This document shows positions 51,058 to 63,734 of a stretch of DNA of 64,000 bases, piece after piece. Positions within the stretch are counted from its first letter, which is position 1, and every line of letters begins with the position of its first letter. The stretch is taken from contig NC_086118.1 in the NCBI RefSeq assembly GCF_963921235.1, positions 27,282,001-27,346,000 on the forward strand. The letters run 5' to 3'. The position numbers and the translations under genes were made by a program. The notes under the pieces are model-generated. The model was not told where the DNA came from. It did no database searches and saw nothing but the letters and a program-made list of their open reading frames with translations. Source of the stretch: Mobula hypostoma. Lineage: Eukaryota.

Positions 51058-51282
51058 TTGCCGGCTGGTGGCGTAGTGGCATCAGCGCCGGACTTCGGAG
51101 CAAAGGCTCCCAAGTTCGAATCCAGCTGGCTCCCCTGGCACGCTTTCCATCCATGCTGGGTTGAGCGCCGAGCTAGCAACTCAACCTCGTTAAAAAAAAG
51201 AAATTGCCTGCTACAGAAACATCAACAGCAAAAAGTTGATGGCCTATGGTCTCTTGTGAGTTTAAAGGCAATTTATCTTTTC
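51058..51282 (+). mobile_element. tRNA-derived SINE
   Basis: A box tggcgtagtgg, B box gttcgaatcc, CpG-rich head; 12-bp TSD taacacaaaggt/taacataaaggt at 51046-51057 and 51283-51294 (1 mismatch). Confidence 0.85.
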
Positions 51283-51367
51283 TAACATAAAGGTGGACAA
51301 ACGATGCTGTGATATAAAATGTCAAGTAGACAGTTTACACTTTACTAAGATGAACAGAAGTTATTGG

Positions 51368-52610
51368 TCATAGAGTAATAGAGCACAGATAAAGGCCTTT
51401 GTTCCAATCCTTGACGACCACGGTGCCCACCCAGCTAGTCCCAATTACCTGCGTTTGGTTCACATTCCTCTAGCCTTCGTCCCTCCATGTATCTATCAAG
51501 TACTTCATAATTGATTTTCTTTTACTCACGTCAATCACTTACTTACTACCTTCTATGTGTGGTGAAATAAAGTTACCCCTCAGGTCCCTCTTAAGATTTT
51601 CAACACTTACCCTAAACTTAAGTCCCCTAGTTTTGGTCTCTATCTTGAGGAATAGACTGATATCATCCAAGCTATCTATTCTCTCATTGTTTTAAACACT
51701 TCTATAAGGTTGTCCTTCATTATCCTATTTTCCAAGGAATAAATGCTTAGCTTGGCCAACCTCTCCCTATAACGCAGGCCTTCTAGCCCTGGTAACACAC
51801 AGTACATCCTTGTAAATATTCTCTGCACTCTTTCCAGTTTAACCATGTCTTTCCTGTAACAGAGTGACCAACACTGAACACAGTACTCCAAGACTTGTAC
51901 AACTGAAACATAATGTCCCAAGTCCTATACACAGGGCTCTGAATAATGACCACCAGGGTGCTAAGTGCCTTTTTCTGCCAGCTGTGATGCAGCTTTCAAC
52001 AAGCTATGCACGTACATCTAACTCTCTATGTTCTAATGCACTCACTAGTGCCTTACAGTTTACAGTTCAAGTCCTACACTGATTTGAATTCCCAAACTGT
52101 ATCATTTCACACTTTTCTATATTAACGTACATTGGCCAATGCTTGCCCCACTTCCTTACCTGATCAAATTCTCCTGTAAAATTGATAACCTTATTACTTA
52201 TCAACACCTTCTAATTTAGCGTAATCCACAAATTAGCTTGTACATCTGCATCCAAATCATTTATAGAATTAACAAACAAGATGAATCTAACACAGATCCC
52301 TGTGGCACAATATGAGTTACCAGTCTCCATTCTGAGAAATAACCCTCAACCGCCGTCCTCTACTTTCTACCTCCGAGCCAACTTTTGAATGCACTTGACC
52401 AGTTCTCCTTGGATTTCGTGGTATCTAACACTGCAGACCAGCCTACTTGTTGAAGGTCTTACTAAAATTCAAACAGACAATATTCACTGCCTGATCCTCG
52501 TCTACCCTTCTGGTTATCCCTTCACAAATCTGTAAAAGCTTTGCCAAATGCAACTGTCCAGAAAAGCCATGCTGACTCCTCCTTATTAGATTCTGTCTAC
52601 CTAAATACTA
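51368..52610 (-). mobile_element. Old CR1 3' half
   Basis: VLEYCVQCWS..YRKDMVKLERVQRIFTRM (ORF 51676-51921); degenerate RT (gatccctgtggcac = VPQGS, minus); tail tcatagagtaatagag. Confidence 0.8.
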
Positions 52611-52619
52611 CTAATTATA

Positions 52620-53863
52620 CGAGGGGTGATTAGGTTCGTGGCCTAAGGTAGAAGGAGTCAATTTTAGAAAACTTAGCACATTTATTTTTCAACGTAGTCC
52701 CATCCTACACGTACACACTTAGTCCAGTGGTCGTGGAGCATACGGATCCCTTCTTTGTAGAAGTGGTCCACAGCAGGGGTGATTGATACGTTCGTGGCCT
52801 AAGAAACATAGAAGCATAGAAATCCTACAGCACAATACAGGCCCTTTGGCTCGCAAAGTTGTGCTGAACATATCCCTAATTCGAAATTACTAGGCTTACC
52901 TACAGCCCTCTATTTTACTAAGCTCCATGTACCTATGTAAATGTCTCTTAAAAGACCCTATCATATCCACCTCCACCACCATTGCTGGAAGCCCATTCTA
53001 TGCACTCACCACTCTCTGAGTAAAAAACTTAAGCCTGACATCTCCTCTGCATCTACTCCCTAGCACCTTAAACCTGTGTCCTCTTGTGGCAACCATTTCA
53101 GCCCTGGGAAAAAGCCTCTGACTATCCACACGATCAATGCCTCTCATCATCTTATACACCTCTATCAGGTCACTGCTCATCCTCCACCGCTCCAAGGAGA
53201 AAAGGCCGAGTTCCCTCAACCTATTCTCATAAGGCATGCTCCCCAATCCAGGCAACATCCTTGTAAATCTCCTCTGCACCCTTTCTATGGCTTCCACATC
53301 CTTCCTGTAGTGAGGTGACCAGAACTGAGCACAGTACTCCAAGTGGGGTCTGACCAGGATCCTATATAGCTGCAACATTACCTCTTGGCTCCTAAATTCA
53401 ACTCCACGATTGATGAAGGCCAATACACCGTATACCTTCTTAATCACAGAGTAAACCTGCTCAGCTGCTTTGGGCGTCCTACGGACTTGGACACCAAGAT
53501 CCCTCTGATCCTCCACACTGCCAAGAGTCTTACCATTAATACTATATTCTGCCATCATATTTGACAGAATAAGGTAGAAGGAAATGAGTTATTAACTTCA
53601 AACTTTCTGCATTTACACTCAAAGAGTTGAACTACATGTGCATGTAACGAGAGCTGTATAACTCATCTCCTTCTACCTTAGGCCACAAACTTATCAATCA
53701 CCCCTGCTGTGGACCACTTCTACAAAGAAGGGATCCGTATGCTCCACAACCACTGGACTAAGTGTGTACATGTAGGAGGGTACTATGTTGAAAAATAAAT
53801 GTGCTAGCTTTTCTAAAATTAATTCCTTCTAACTTAGACCATGAGCTTATCAATCACCCCTTG
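52620..53863. mobile_element. Mariner-derived foldback (non-autonomous) with four TIR copies
   Basis: TA|cgaggggtgatt... and ...aatcaccccttg|TA; long inverted arms; mariner transposase C-terminus DHFYKEGIRMLHNHWTKCVHVGGYYVEK* at 53712-53798 (+) with its inverted copy at ~52682-52768 (-); internal TIRs begin at 52774 and end at 53706. Confidence 0.9.
52804..53569 (-). mobile_element. CR1 3' fragment inserted in an inner mariner TIR
   Basis: ORF 52998-53558 (QRDLGVQV, LVRPHLEYCAQFWSPHYRKD); (TTCTATG)-type tail; TSD taag at 52800-52803 and 53570-53573. Confidence 0.93.
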
Positions 53864-54699
53864 TAATCGTCACTGGAAGAAGTAAACATACAGGGGTAGT
53901 TTGCTGGAGAATCAATTGATATTTGCTTTCGTATTACACTAGTACTGTACATGCCAACATTTCAAACAAAAAATACTGTATCTGCCATTCCACATTAAAT
54001 TATTATTTAATAATAGAAATGTGATCCTATATCAAGACTGCTTGTACAGGTGATGATATAATTACCATTCCACAATTTTAATTTATATGTACAGGGTAGC
54101 TTTATATTCTGAGATGGTTTTAGATATACATACCTATGCATGCATTCTTATAATTTATTCATTCTCACTGGATGGTCCAGCTCTGCTAATTTTACAAATG
54201 TAGGAAAAGATGAGACAAGACCAGAGTCCTCTTACAACAATGTTCTCTTGGGGTGTATTAACAAAACAATCCATTTTTCCCTTTTAAAAAAATATGGAAT
54301 TGGGTTATTTCACAGAAAGATGACAGCAAGCAGCCTCATGAAGAATTTTGAAAATTATTTTTGTTTCTTGAAAAACTGATAATTATTTAAAAAGAATGAT
54401 TGGAATTTGTAGACCCGAGTAAAGCCACATCTATTGTTTATTCATAACTGTTCCTCCACAAAGTGTTTAAATCCTAGACTGTAACTGCTTTCTGTTTCAC
54501 CTATTTTGATAATGCAGGATTGAATTTAAATGCATACAAGAACAAATGCAATCCAGCAGAAAGTTGGATGAATATACTAATAGTTTAATCAATTGTGACT
54601 CATTTTGCCTTTGAGTTGGGAGGTTTAGCAGTCAAGATGACCTCCAGAGAGACTAATATCCCATTGCAATATAGAGACAAGCCTTTGGTTGGGGGAAGG

Positions 54700-54985
54700 T
54701 GTGGGAAATCTACAAGAAAGCCAAACATTTAGACTAAGACTGTACCCTTTAAAGATGGAGATAAGAAATTGCATCTCCGAGATATTGAATCTTTGAAATT
54801 CTCTCACCTAGAACGATGGGTGGGCACATGGAATATCTCCCAGCAGCTGGAGTGGGTTGAGGGGCATGGGGAGTGAGCAGAAAAGTGATGAGGCCAAGAT
54901 TGGATCAGCTGTGTTGTTAGGGAATGGTGATGTGGTCTCAATGGGCTGACTACCTCACTCCTGTTCCTATCTTTTATGTCTTCAC
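54700..54985 (+). mobile_element. Old CR1 3' remnant
   Basis: ccctttaaagatggagataagaaatt, gaatctttgaaattctct and a 3' UTR aatgggctgactacctcactcctgttcctatcttttatgt. Confidence 0.6.
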
Positions 54986-56085
54986 ATGCGAGTTCCATGT
55001 TGTCAGAGGTATTTCTTTCAGAATAGATATTGAACCAAAATCCTATCTGCTCTTGGATGAATGTTAAAAAAAAGTCATGGTATTTTTTGTTTACATCGTT
55101 GTGGATAGGGTTTTATGCCTTTGTATCTTGTATAATATTTACCCCTCAGCAATATCATTAGAAAAACAAATGATCACACTTATAGTCACACTGCTATATA
55201 TGCAGTATAAACCCTGTTGTATATGAATGGATTCAAAATCCTTCTAAACTAAAAATAAAATGGTTGGACTGTTTCATCAGATTCAGAACTGTCTAGGTAG
55301 GAGGCAGAAGCAGTTAATGTTCCAGGTTGATAATTTATCATCAGATCTAAAGGTCCCATGAAATGCTATCTCACTGAAATATCTCACTTTAAGACTTGCT
55401 CTTGATCTCGAGCTAATTAAATCCATGTGAAAAAAGCCTTGGCAATTACAGGCTTATTATAATAAACGTTGTAACTAAATACATCTACTTGACATTCAAA
55501 AGGAAGTCAGACATTAAGTGGATAAAGATTGCTCTTAGATAGGCACATGGATGATCAAAAAATGGAGGGCTATAAAAAAAGAGAAACATTAGATTGATCT
55601 TGAAGTGGGTTAAAAGGTCAGCATAACATCATGGGTTAAAGATCCTGTCCTGTGCTGTTAAATTCTATGTTCAATATTAGTCTATAATTAAGCTATAATG
55701 TATGTGTAAGAAAGAAATAAAAGAATTAGAGGGACCAATGTCCTTGTAAGTTTTCGAGAGGGTTTTCCAGTTTGATGAAAGACTATCAGTTTGAAATCTT
55801 GTTTTTTCCTGCAATTGTGTTATTTGCTCAACATTTCTATTGAACCTATTTTATCAATAATGCTTTATTTGCTGGGATGAAGTTCGGTACAGGCTAGATT
55901 CAGGAAAGATGCTATATCTCAAGTATAATTCTCATTTTCTTTCTCTCATAGTGCAAGTTGAAGTTTTGACAGTAATAATCCATGATTCTTCTAACATTTT
56001 GCTTGATTTGCCCTAGGAAAGCGTGGTTTATTAGAAACTGCGGAGAAATCAGGTTATGCAATATTAATAATAAATACCTCAGTTA

Positions 56086-56630
56086 AAGTCTGTCCTTGTG
56101 GCCCATCAGGCCGGTGCTTATGTGAAGCGATTGAGAGTATGAGACTTCCCCACCTTCCCCCCGGATAGGACGCCAGTCTATCGCGAGGTTAACTCCCAGC
56201 ATTTGCCAGTACCCATTTTCAGCTGGGTGGACTGGTGCAGTGTGTGGTTAAGTGGCTTGCTCAAAGACACAACATGCTGCCCTGACCAAGGCTCGAACCC
56301 ACGACCTTCAGATTGTTAGCCAACACCCTTTTGGGAAAGGTTGAGTGCTGCTGTCAGAATTGTTAACAGCAGTCGTTCTTGCAGATGCTACATACCGCAG
56401 CCACTGAGTGCCAGTGCCGGGAATAAATCTTTCAGGTGTGGCACCGTCTGGTTTGCCAATGCAGGGAATAAATGTTTCAGGTGTGGCACCGTCTGGCTGG
56501 CGCTGAGATTCTGGAGTTCTTGGAGCTGCACTCATCCATGCAAGTAGATTCCATCACATTCCTGAATTTTGCCTGTGAAATGTTGGGAAGCGTCAGACAT
56601 CAGGAAGTGAGTCACTGGCCACATGCCACT
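56086..56630 (-). mobile_element. tRNA-derived SINE whose head is split by a 276-bp insertion
   Basis: Minus strand: agtggcatgtggcc (56617-56630), insertion, then ggtgttggctaacaatctgaaggtcgtgggttcgagcc (B box), CORE-like tgtgtctttgagcaagccacttaa, then ccacccagctgaaaatgggtac body. Confidence 0.82.
56341..56616 (+). repeat. Near-identical copy of 59307-59537 with an internal 45-bp tandem duplication
   Basis: Direct comparison shows only a few substitutions; duplicated units start at 56409 and 56454. Confidence 0.95.
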
Positions 56631-57344
56631 GAACAAATTTATCAAATGCAGGATTTCACCTTATTACAGAGAAGTGGATTGATGAGAACAGGAGCATAAA
56701 TGTCTAATTCAAAGTCAACAATTCACCCCCTTAAAGGAAGTGAAAATCTGGCAACATCAAATAATATTTGTAATTCTGTTTAATTAAAATATTATCCTTA
56801 ATGACTTGTCCCTGATTGCTAACCAGCTAAGTAATGTGAGAAGAGCTTTGGGAATCGGTGACCTATTACATGGAGTAATGGAACTAAATTGTTGTACTTG
56901 CCACTTAAAAGAGAATTAGTTATCAGGGAGATAAAAATTAGTCATTATAATTGGAGATGCTATTGTCAATAAAGCTATAAAGCGTATTCCACTGTTCCTT
57001 AAGAACTACACATCAAGTGACGTGTTTCATTAAAATACAATAGGCTGTAAGTTTGCAAATAAAGTAGAATCTGAGTTTATCCCAAAAGGAAAATATAAGA
57101 ATTATAAGAACCATTGTCCACACAGTTTCAGAATGCTCTTTGAAAATCCTTTAAGAACACCAAATTAGATTGATGGTCGCACGTGGAAAAATAATGCTTA
57201 AAATATGGACTAAGTTGGTAGCCACTTGAAATGAGAAAGTTAAAAGATGGCGTCAGGTTTTTGCGGACCTGGATGACTTCTTCCAGTTCATCTGCAAAAC
57301 AGTTTAAATCTCCTGTTCTCATGTCACTTTCCCCCTTTTTTTTA

Positions 57345-58115
57345 GGTGGCTGGGGTCCAGTTGGAGTCCGTGATCTACAGCTGCACTCAAACTACGTTCT
57401 TCACAGGTGGTGGGTTCTTGCTCTCGGAATTTGCCGAGCAGCCTGGCCCTTGGGTATCTCCAGGAGCGACCTGGAAGACATAAGCCTTCGGAGCGCGGCC
57501 CTGTGGAGGACCCGATTCATTGCCAGTGTCGCTGACTGAAGTATTGCGGGGGGGGGGGGGGTATTGAAACATCAAGACAGCAGGCGCAGCTGTCGGAGGC
57601 CCTTGCACTCGAGTAGTATCTCTCTCTCTCTCTTTCGATGGTGAGAATGAGTCTGTTGGTCTTCGAGTTGGGCGGAACTGAAACAAGCAATGCTACAGAC
57701 TTTAACATCGAAACATCGAGCTGTTGGCCTCCCCTCACTGTGGCTGGAGCGATGTCACTCTTTCTCTCATTACTGAGAGAGAAGGCCTGTTTTGAGATGT
57801 GAAAGGACAGTAGTTTTCTGATAGACTCTATTTCATGGTCTCCCTGGGGACTTGCTTTTGTTTGCATGGTGGATGGTGGTGGTGGGGGGTGGTGTTGATG
57901 CCTTTGCTGGTGCAAGTGGGGGTGGGGAGTGTTAATGCTTTTGCTGCTACTTGTGCATGGAAGGGGGAGGGATGGCTGTGTGGTTTGAATGTTTTTCTGT
58001 CACTTATTCTTGTTATTTTTTTCACTCTGTTTCATGGATGTCTACGAAGAGTAAGGATTTCAGGTTGTATACTGTATACATTCTCTGATATTAATTGGAA
58101 CCATTGAACCATTGA
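57345..58115 (+). mobile_element. Non-autonomous retroposon-like repeat
   Basis: GC/CpG-richer 5' part, GT-rich 3' part, ends gtatacattctctgatattaattggaaccattgaaccattga, a tail related to that at 7133-7175. Confidence 0.6.
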
Positions 58116-58429
58116 GAATCACAGTGAACAATTAACATGCATTCGTGCTGTGTCAAATGCAGCATCTCAGTCCCATATTGTTAATAATCCTTTCTTCTCC
58201 ATCCAGTATCAATCATACCATTCATTGAAATAAAAATGCCAGACACTCATCAGGTTGGGCAGCATCTGTGAAGAGTGAATCAAACTCAAATGCCATGGTA
58301 GTCTGAGCACATGGGGAAGAGGTTACCTTGTACTCAGTACCCTAGTCCTTCAGTGCTGCTTGGTCTGTGCATTCACCTGTTCTTGTTTTCCTAGAGGAAC
58401 GCCTACTAACATACGGTTTGGGAACAATA

Positions 58430-58895
58430 ATGCCGGGGATGAAAGAGTTAACATATGAAGGATGTTTGGTAACTCTGGGCCTGTACTCACTAGAGCTTAG
58501 AAGAATGAGGGGGATCTCATTGAAACATCGAATATTAAAAGCCTAGATAGAGTGGATGTGGGCAGGATGTTTCCGATAGTGGGGGAGTCTAGGACTAGAG
58601 GGCAAGCCTCAGCATACAAAGACATCTCTTTAGAACAGAAATAAGGACAAACTTATTTAGTCAGAGGGAGGTCAATCTGCGGAATTCATTGCCACAGGCG
58701 GCTGTGGTGGCCAAGTCGTTGGGTATATTTAAAGTGGAAGTTGATGGGTTCTTCTTGATTAGTCAAAGCATCAAGGGTTATTGGGAGAAGGCAGGAGAAG
58801 GAGGTTAAGAGGGATAATAAATCAGCAATGATGGAATGGAGGAGCAGACTCTCATGGGCAGAATGGCCTGTATGCTCCTATGTCTTATTCTTAGG
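58430..58895 (+). mobile_element. CR1 3' fragment
   Basis: MPGMKELTYEGCLVTLGLYSLELRRMRG; 3' UTR gagcagactc...gaatggcctg..tgctcctatgtcttat. Confidence 0.88.
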
Positions 58896-59039
58896 GTCAA
58901 ATGATAAGGCAAAGTACTCAGGAGAGCTAAAAATAGTGTTAGTCCCTGAAGACTGCTGCAACTGGAAGCACCAAGAACAAGAGAAAATATCTGTTATAAA
59001 GTTGTAGCAAAGGCAAAAGAAATCAACAGTTAATTAACG

Positions 59040-59537
59040 TGCAAGTAGTTTATAATGAGACTTGACTTTGCTGACAAGGCTAATATTTCTTTCCCCATTC
59101 CTAAGTGAACTGGAGAACTTGAACTGCTGCAGTCCTTCTGGTGAAGTCATTTGTATTGCTCCTACGGTGCTGTAGAAAGGAAGGTTCATGATTTTGAAGG
59201 ATTTTAACCCAGCACTGATGACAGAAGGGTGCTTAATTTCCAGTTTGGAATTCGTACAGTTGGCGGGACTGTGCATCTACCATTCTTGTTCCTCTCGGAA
59301 TAAAGTTTGAGTGCTGCTGTCAGAATTGTTAACTGCAGTCGTTCTTGCAGATGCTACATACCGCAGCCACTGAGTGCCAATGCCGGGAATAAATGTTTCA
59401 GGTGTGGCACCGTCTGGCTGGCGCTGAGATTCTGGAGTTCTTGGAGCTGCACTCATCCATGCAAGTAGATTCCATCACATCCCTGAATTTTGCCTGTGAA
59501 ATGTTGGGAAGCGTCAGACATCAGAAAGTGAGTCACT
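59040..59537 (-). mobile_element. Heavily decayed CR1/L2-type LINE 3' remnant (donor of the 56341-56616 copy)
   Basis: cttgaactgctgcagtcc, gattttaacccagc and ggagctgcactcatccatgcaagt...ttccatcaca (minus: VME..LAWMSAAP) match a LINE RT C-terminus on the minus strand. Confidence 0.6.
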
Positions 59538-61370
59538 TCTTTAAATTCCCTTTGAATAGCAATAAAGGCTAGTCTTCCTGTTACTTTTCACCTATGCATT
59601 TTTAAAACCCGGTGTTATCTGGAAGGCTGCACTTTGTAACCAGAAGGGATTTGTTGTCAGAATCCATTCATTCTCCATTCCTCTACTAGTTTGGCGTTTA
59701 TGGCATCAACTTAAGACATGAATTCATCTATATAGTCAATGTCATTTTGCTACCTGCATCCTGAATTTTGAACAGAAAATATAATGCTTTGAACTTTTGA
59801 ACATTTTTATAGTGTTAGTCATGTTTACTCTGTCTTCCTTCACTGAAAGTCCTGCACCTTTGTTGAACCCTATGTTATTGTAGAAAGGAATAGCTGATGT
59901 CTTTCTGTCTCCAGATTCTGCAAGAACTGGCATCAATTCCCATCAGATAGACCTGATGATCATACTGAATGGGAAATTATTCTGCCGACAAAACCACGTT
60001 TTGGGAAAATGAATGTGTCCATATTTTGTAAAACTATATTTTTCTTCAAAAATAAATACTTCAATAGATTAATGGAACCAATGTAAGTATTCATCCATTT
60101 CTGGAGTAAATTAAAAGTTATGTGACATATTTATGAGAAATACATTATAGCAAAACATTATAACTTATAGTTCTCATTATTGTGCTATGCAAGATTTGAC
60201 ACAATCAAAAATGTATTTTAAGAATTCAGAATTTTCCCAATATTTGGAGCTTTGATTTCTGAATTCTCTGGTGATAAGCTATGCTTTCTTCAGATTTTCA
60301 AGCTGATGGTGTAATTCATGCCTGTTGAATTTTTAAATTTAAATGTAAGTTATCCCGGAGCCAAATACTACATAATTAGTTGTTTCAGGCAACATACGAA
60401 ATGCTATTTTATTACTCATTGTGTTATTTTATAATGTATTTAAGTCCAATTATTTTTGACTTAGCGTTCATATAGCCAAGTCATTACAAGTGTATATCAA
60501 ATTTGATCATAATATAGGGTCGTATATTTCTTTTATTATCAATGAAAGCAATTCAAGAATTAACTGTGACATGATAATTTTCGATTGACATCCATACTCA
60601 GTTTCACCTGACAAATTATTTGGGCAAAAATGGAATTGTGTTATTATTATCATATGTACTGTAGTCTAGTGGAAAGCTTGTTTCACAAACTGTTCATACC
60701 GATTAGATCATTACACTGTACATTCAGTAGTACAAGGTGAAACAATAGTATAATGTAGAATAAAGAGCAAAACCTGCAGAGAAAATGCAACGCAGTTAGA
60801 CAATAAAGTGTTAGATCATAAAAAGGTAGATTGCAAGGTCAAAAGCCATCCTATTGTACTAGGGACTTTCATATAGTTTTATAACAGTAGGAATGAAGCT
60901 GTTCTTAAACCTGGTAGTAGGTGCTTTTAGGCTTTTGAATATTTTGCCTGATGGAAGAGTGGAGAACAGAAAATGTCTGGGGTGTGTGGGATCTTTGATT
61001 ATGCTTGCTGCTTTGGTGAGCTTGAGACAAGTCCAAGGATAGTAGGCTGTTTCTCTAATGTGCTGAGATGTGTCCACAAATTTGCAGTTTCCTACAGTCA
61101 CGAGCAGAGCAGTTGCTATACCTAGCTTTTATCCATCCAGACAGGATGTTTCCATGGTGCATCGATAAAAATTGGTAAGCATTGACAGAGACTGCCAACT
61201 TCATTTAGCCTGCTGAGCAAGGTGAGCTTCCTTGACCATGGCATCTACATGGTTCAGCCAGGACAAGCTATTGTTGATGTTTAGTCCTGGTAACTTGAAG
61301 TTCTGAACCCTCTCAACCTCTGTAAAGTTGATCAAGACAGGTGGATATACACTGCCTCCTCCTTGTAGTC

Positions 61371-62141
61371 AATCAGAATCAGAACCAGAATCCTTTATTA
61401 TCGCCAAGTATGTGGACACATGCAGGGAATTTGATGCCGGTTTCTCTGAGCTCTCACTGTACAGAATCAAAAAGCAAACAAAACAATAGTGCAAATAATC
61501 GTGAATTATATACAATGAGGTATACCTGTGTATGTACAGGTGGACTTGGTTTATAATAGGCTAAAATTCAAGTGTTCATAAGACTGATGGCATACAGAAA
61601 GAAACTGTTCTTGTACCTATTTGTCCTGGCATTCAGTGATCTAAAGCACCTACCAGAAGGAAGGAGTTGGAACAGGTGATGTCCAGGGTGTGATGGATCT
61701 ACAATGATGCTGCCTGCTCGTTTCCTGGCTCTAGATGCATATAAGTCCTGGATCGAGGGCAGCTTCACACCAGTAATCCTTTCCGCAGCCCTGACAGTTC
61801 TTTGGAGTCTACTTTTGTCTTGTTTGGTAGCTGATCCAAACCAGACAGTGATGGACGAACAGAGAACAGACTGGATTATTCCTGAATAGAATTGAATCAG
61901 CAGCTCCTGAGGCAGGTTGTACTTCCTGAGTTGACGTAGGAAAAACAACCTCTGCTGAGCCTTTTTGATAAGAGTGTCCGCGTTGGGTGTCAACTTCAGG
62001 TTCTGGGAGGTTGTGACACTCAGAAACCTGAAGATCTCCACAGCAGACACAATACCATTAGGTATAGTGAGTGGGGGTGCATTGGGGGGCTCCTCCTGAA
62101 GTCCATGTCTTGAGCGTATTTAGCTCCAGATTGTTCTGACT
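61371..62141 (-). mobile_element. Younger Rex1/Babar-type LINE 3' fragment
   Basis: ORF 61568-62050 (KKAQQRLFFLRQLRK, FYSGIIQSVLCSSITVWFG, DPSHPGHHLFQLLPSGR); aataaa plus (TTCTGA)n tail. Confidence 0.9.
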
Positions 62142-62784
62142 AACTCTTGTTTTTTTGACACTTGAAGGAAAGGTTGGTGTCATGACACTGTGTTACTAAT
62201 CTCCCTTTCTCCTTCCTATCACCGACTCATTTGAGATATTGTCTAATGTAGTGGTATTACCTGCAAAATTATTATTGGAGTTCGAGCAGCATCTGGTTAT
62301 GCAGTCGTGCTTTTAATTGCAGTAGAGTAGATGGTTGAGATCAGAGCCATGTGGGATGCCAGTGTAACGCCCTGGGAAAGGTTTCACTGCTAATGTAATG
62401 GTTGTTCTATAGCAGCAGTGTTTGGGTTATGATTAGAGATAGCGGGGTCTTTGGAATGTGCGCCATCCAATGAAGGGAGTGTTTTTTTCTTGTGTGCCTG
62501 AGAGCGAGTGGTTCAAGATCTTTGTTCAGCGGAAGATGGAGAGAGAAGATGCCAGAATGGAGAGGTCTTAGAATGCAGGACGGAGTGGAGCCAGGAGTTG
62601 ACGACACCCGGGGGAAATCGATGGAGGACTAATGGGTGGGAAACCGTGAGCTGCAACATGTACATTAGATTGTTTCATTAAAATGGGCCCTTTTCATTTT
62701 GTTTTTCTTTACTAACCCTCTAGTCAAATTAAGAAGTATAAAGCTAAATTATTTAATTGCATATGATGTACTGTTATTACATGG

Positions 62785-63734
62785 AACACACATCAAAGTT
62801 GCTGGTGAACGCAGCAGGCCAGGCAGCATCTCTAGGAAGAGGTACAGATGACATTTCAGGCTGAGACCCTTCGTCAGGACTAACTGAAGGAAGAGTGAGT
62901 AAGAGATTTGAAAGTGGGAGGGGGAGAGGGAGATCCAAAATGATAGGAGAAGACAGGAGGGGGAGGGATGGAGCCAAGAGCTGGACAGGATATGAGAGGA
63001 TCATGGGACAGGAGGTCCGGGGAGAAAGACAAGGGGAGGGGGGAACCCAGAGGATGGGCAAGGGGTATAGTCAGAGGGACAGAGGGAGAAAAAGGAGAGA
63101 GAGAGAAAGAATGCGTGTATATAAATAATTAACGGATGGGGTACAAGGGGGAGGTGGGGCATTAGCGGAAGTTAGAGAAGTCAATGTTCATGCCATCAGG
63201 TTGGAGGCTACCCAGACGGAATATAAGGTGTTGTTCCTCCAACCTGAGTGTGGCTTCATCTTTACAGTAGAGGAGTCCGTGGATAGATATGTCAGAATGG
63301 GAATGGGATATGGAATTAAATTAATTCCACAGAATTAATTCCAGAATTAATTCTTTCTCTCACTCTCCTTTTTCTCCCTCTGTCCCTCTGACTATACCCC
63401 TTGCCCATCCTCTGGGTTCCCCCCCCCCCACTGTCTTTCTCCCCGGGCCTCCTGTCCCATGATCCTCTCACATCCCCTTTGCCAATCACCTGTCCAGCTC
63501 TTGGTTCCATCCCTCCCCTCCTGTCTTCACCCATCATTTTGGATCTCTCCCTCCCCCTCCCCCTCCCACTTTCAAATCTCTTACTAACTCTTCCTTCAGT
63601 GAGTCCTGACGAAGGGTCTCAGTCCGAAACGTCGACTGTACCTCTTCCTAGAGATGCTGCCTGGCCTGCTGCGTTCACCAGCAACTTTGATGTGTGTTGC
63701 TTGAATTTCCAGCATCTGCAGAATTCCTGTTGTT
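62785..63734. mobile_element. Inverted (3'-ends-out) Neptune-type PLE insertion
   Basis: 62785-63318 is the reverse complement of the PLE 3' end seen at ~16950-17492; ~63352-63734 is the same pLTR on plus; perfect 13-bp TSD tgttattacatgg at 62772-62784 and 63735-63747. Confidence 0.93.
63602..63637 (+). ncRNA. Minimal type I hammerhead ribozyme motif (intact core)
   Basis: Stem I aguc/gacu, CUGACGA (63606-63612) plus A, stem II gggu-cuca-gucc, GAAAC, GUC cleavage triplet (63631-63633). Confidence 0.75.

Noticed and set aside
51060..51135. tRNA gene
   Set aside because: A/B boxes are present but I could not form a clean cloverleaf; it continues into a SINE body and is TSD-flanked.
59940..59990. 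Hammerhead-like CUGAUGA...GAAA in unique DNA
   Set aside because: Stem I cannot form next to the core and there is no PLE context; likely chance.
59915..60082. Candidate exon (pyrimidine-rich tctccag acceptor, gtaagt donor, one open frame FCKNWHQFPSDRP...)
   Set aside because: No recognisable protein similarity or partner exons; needs RNA-seq.
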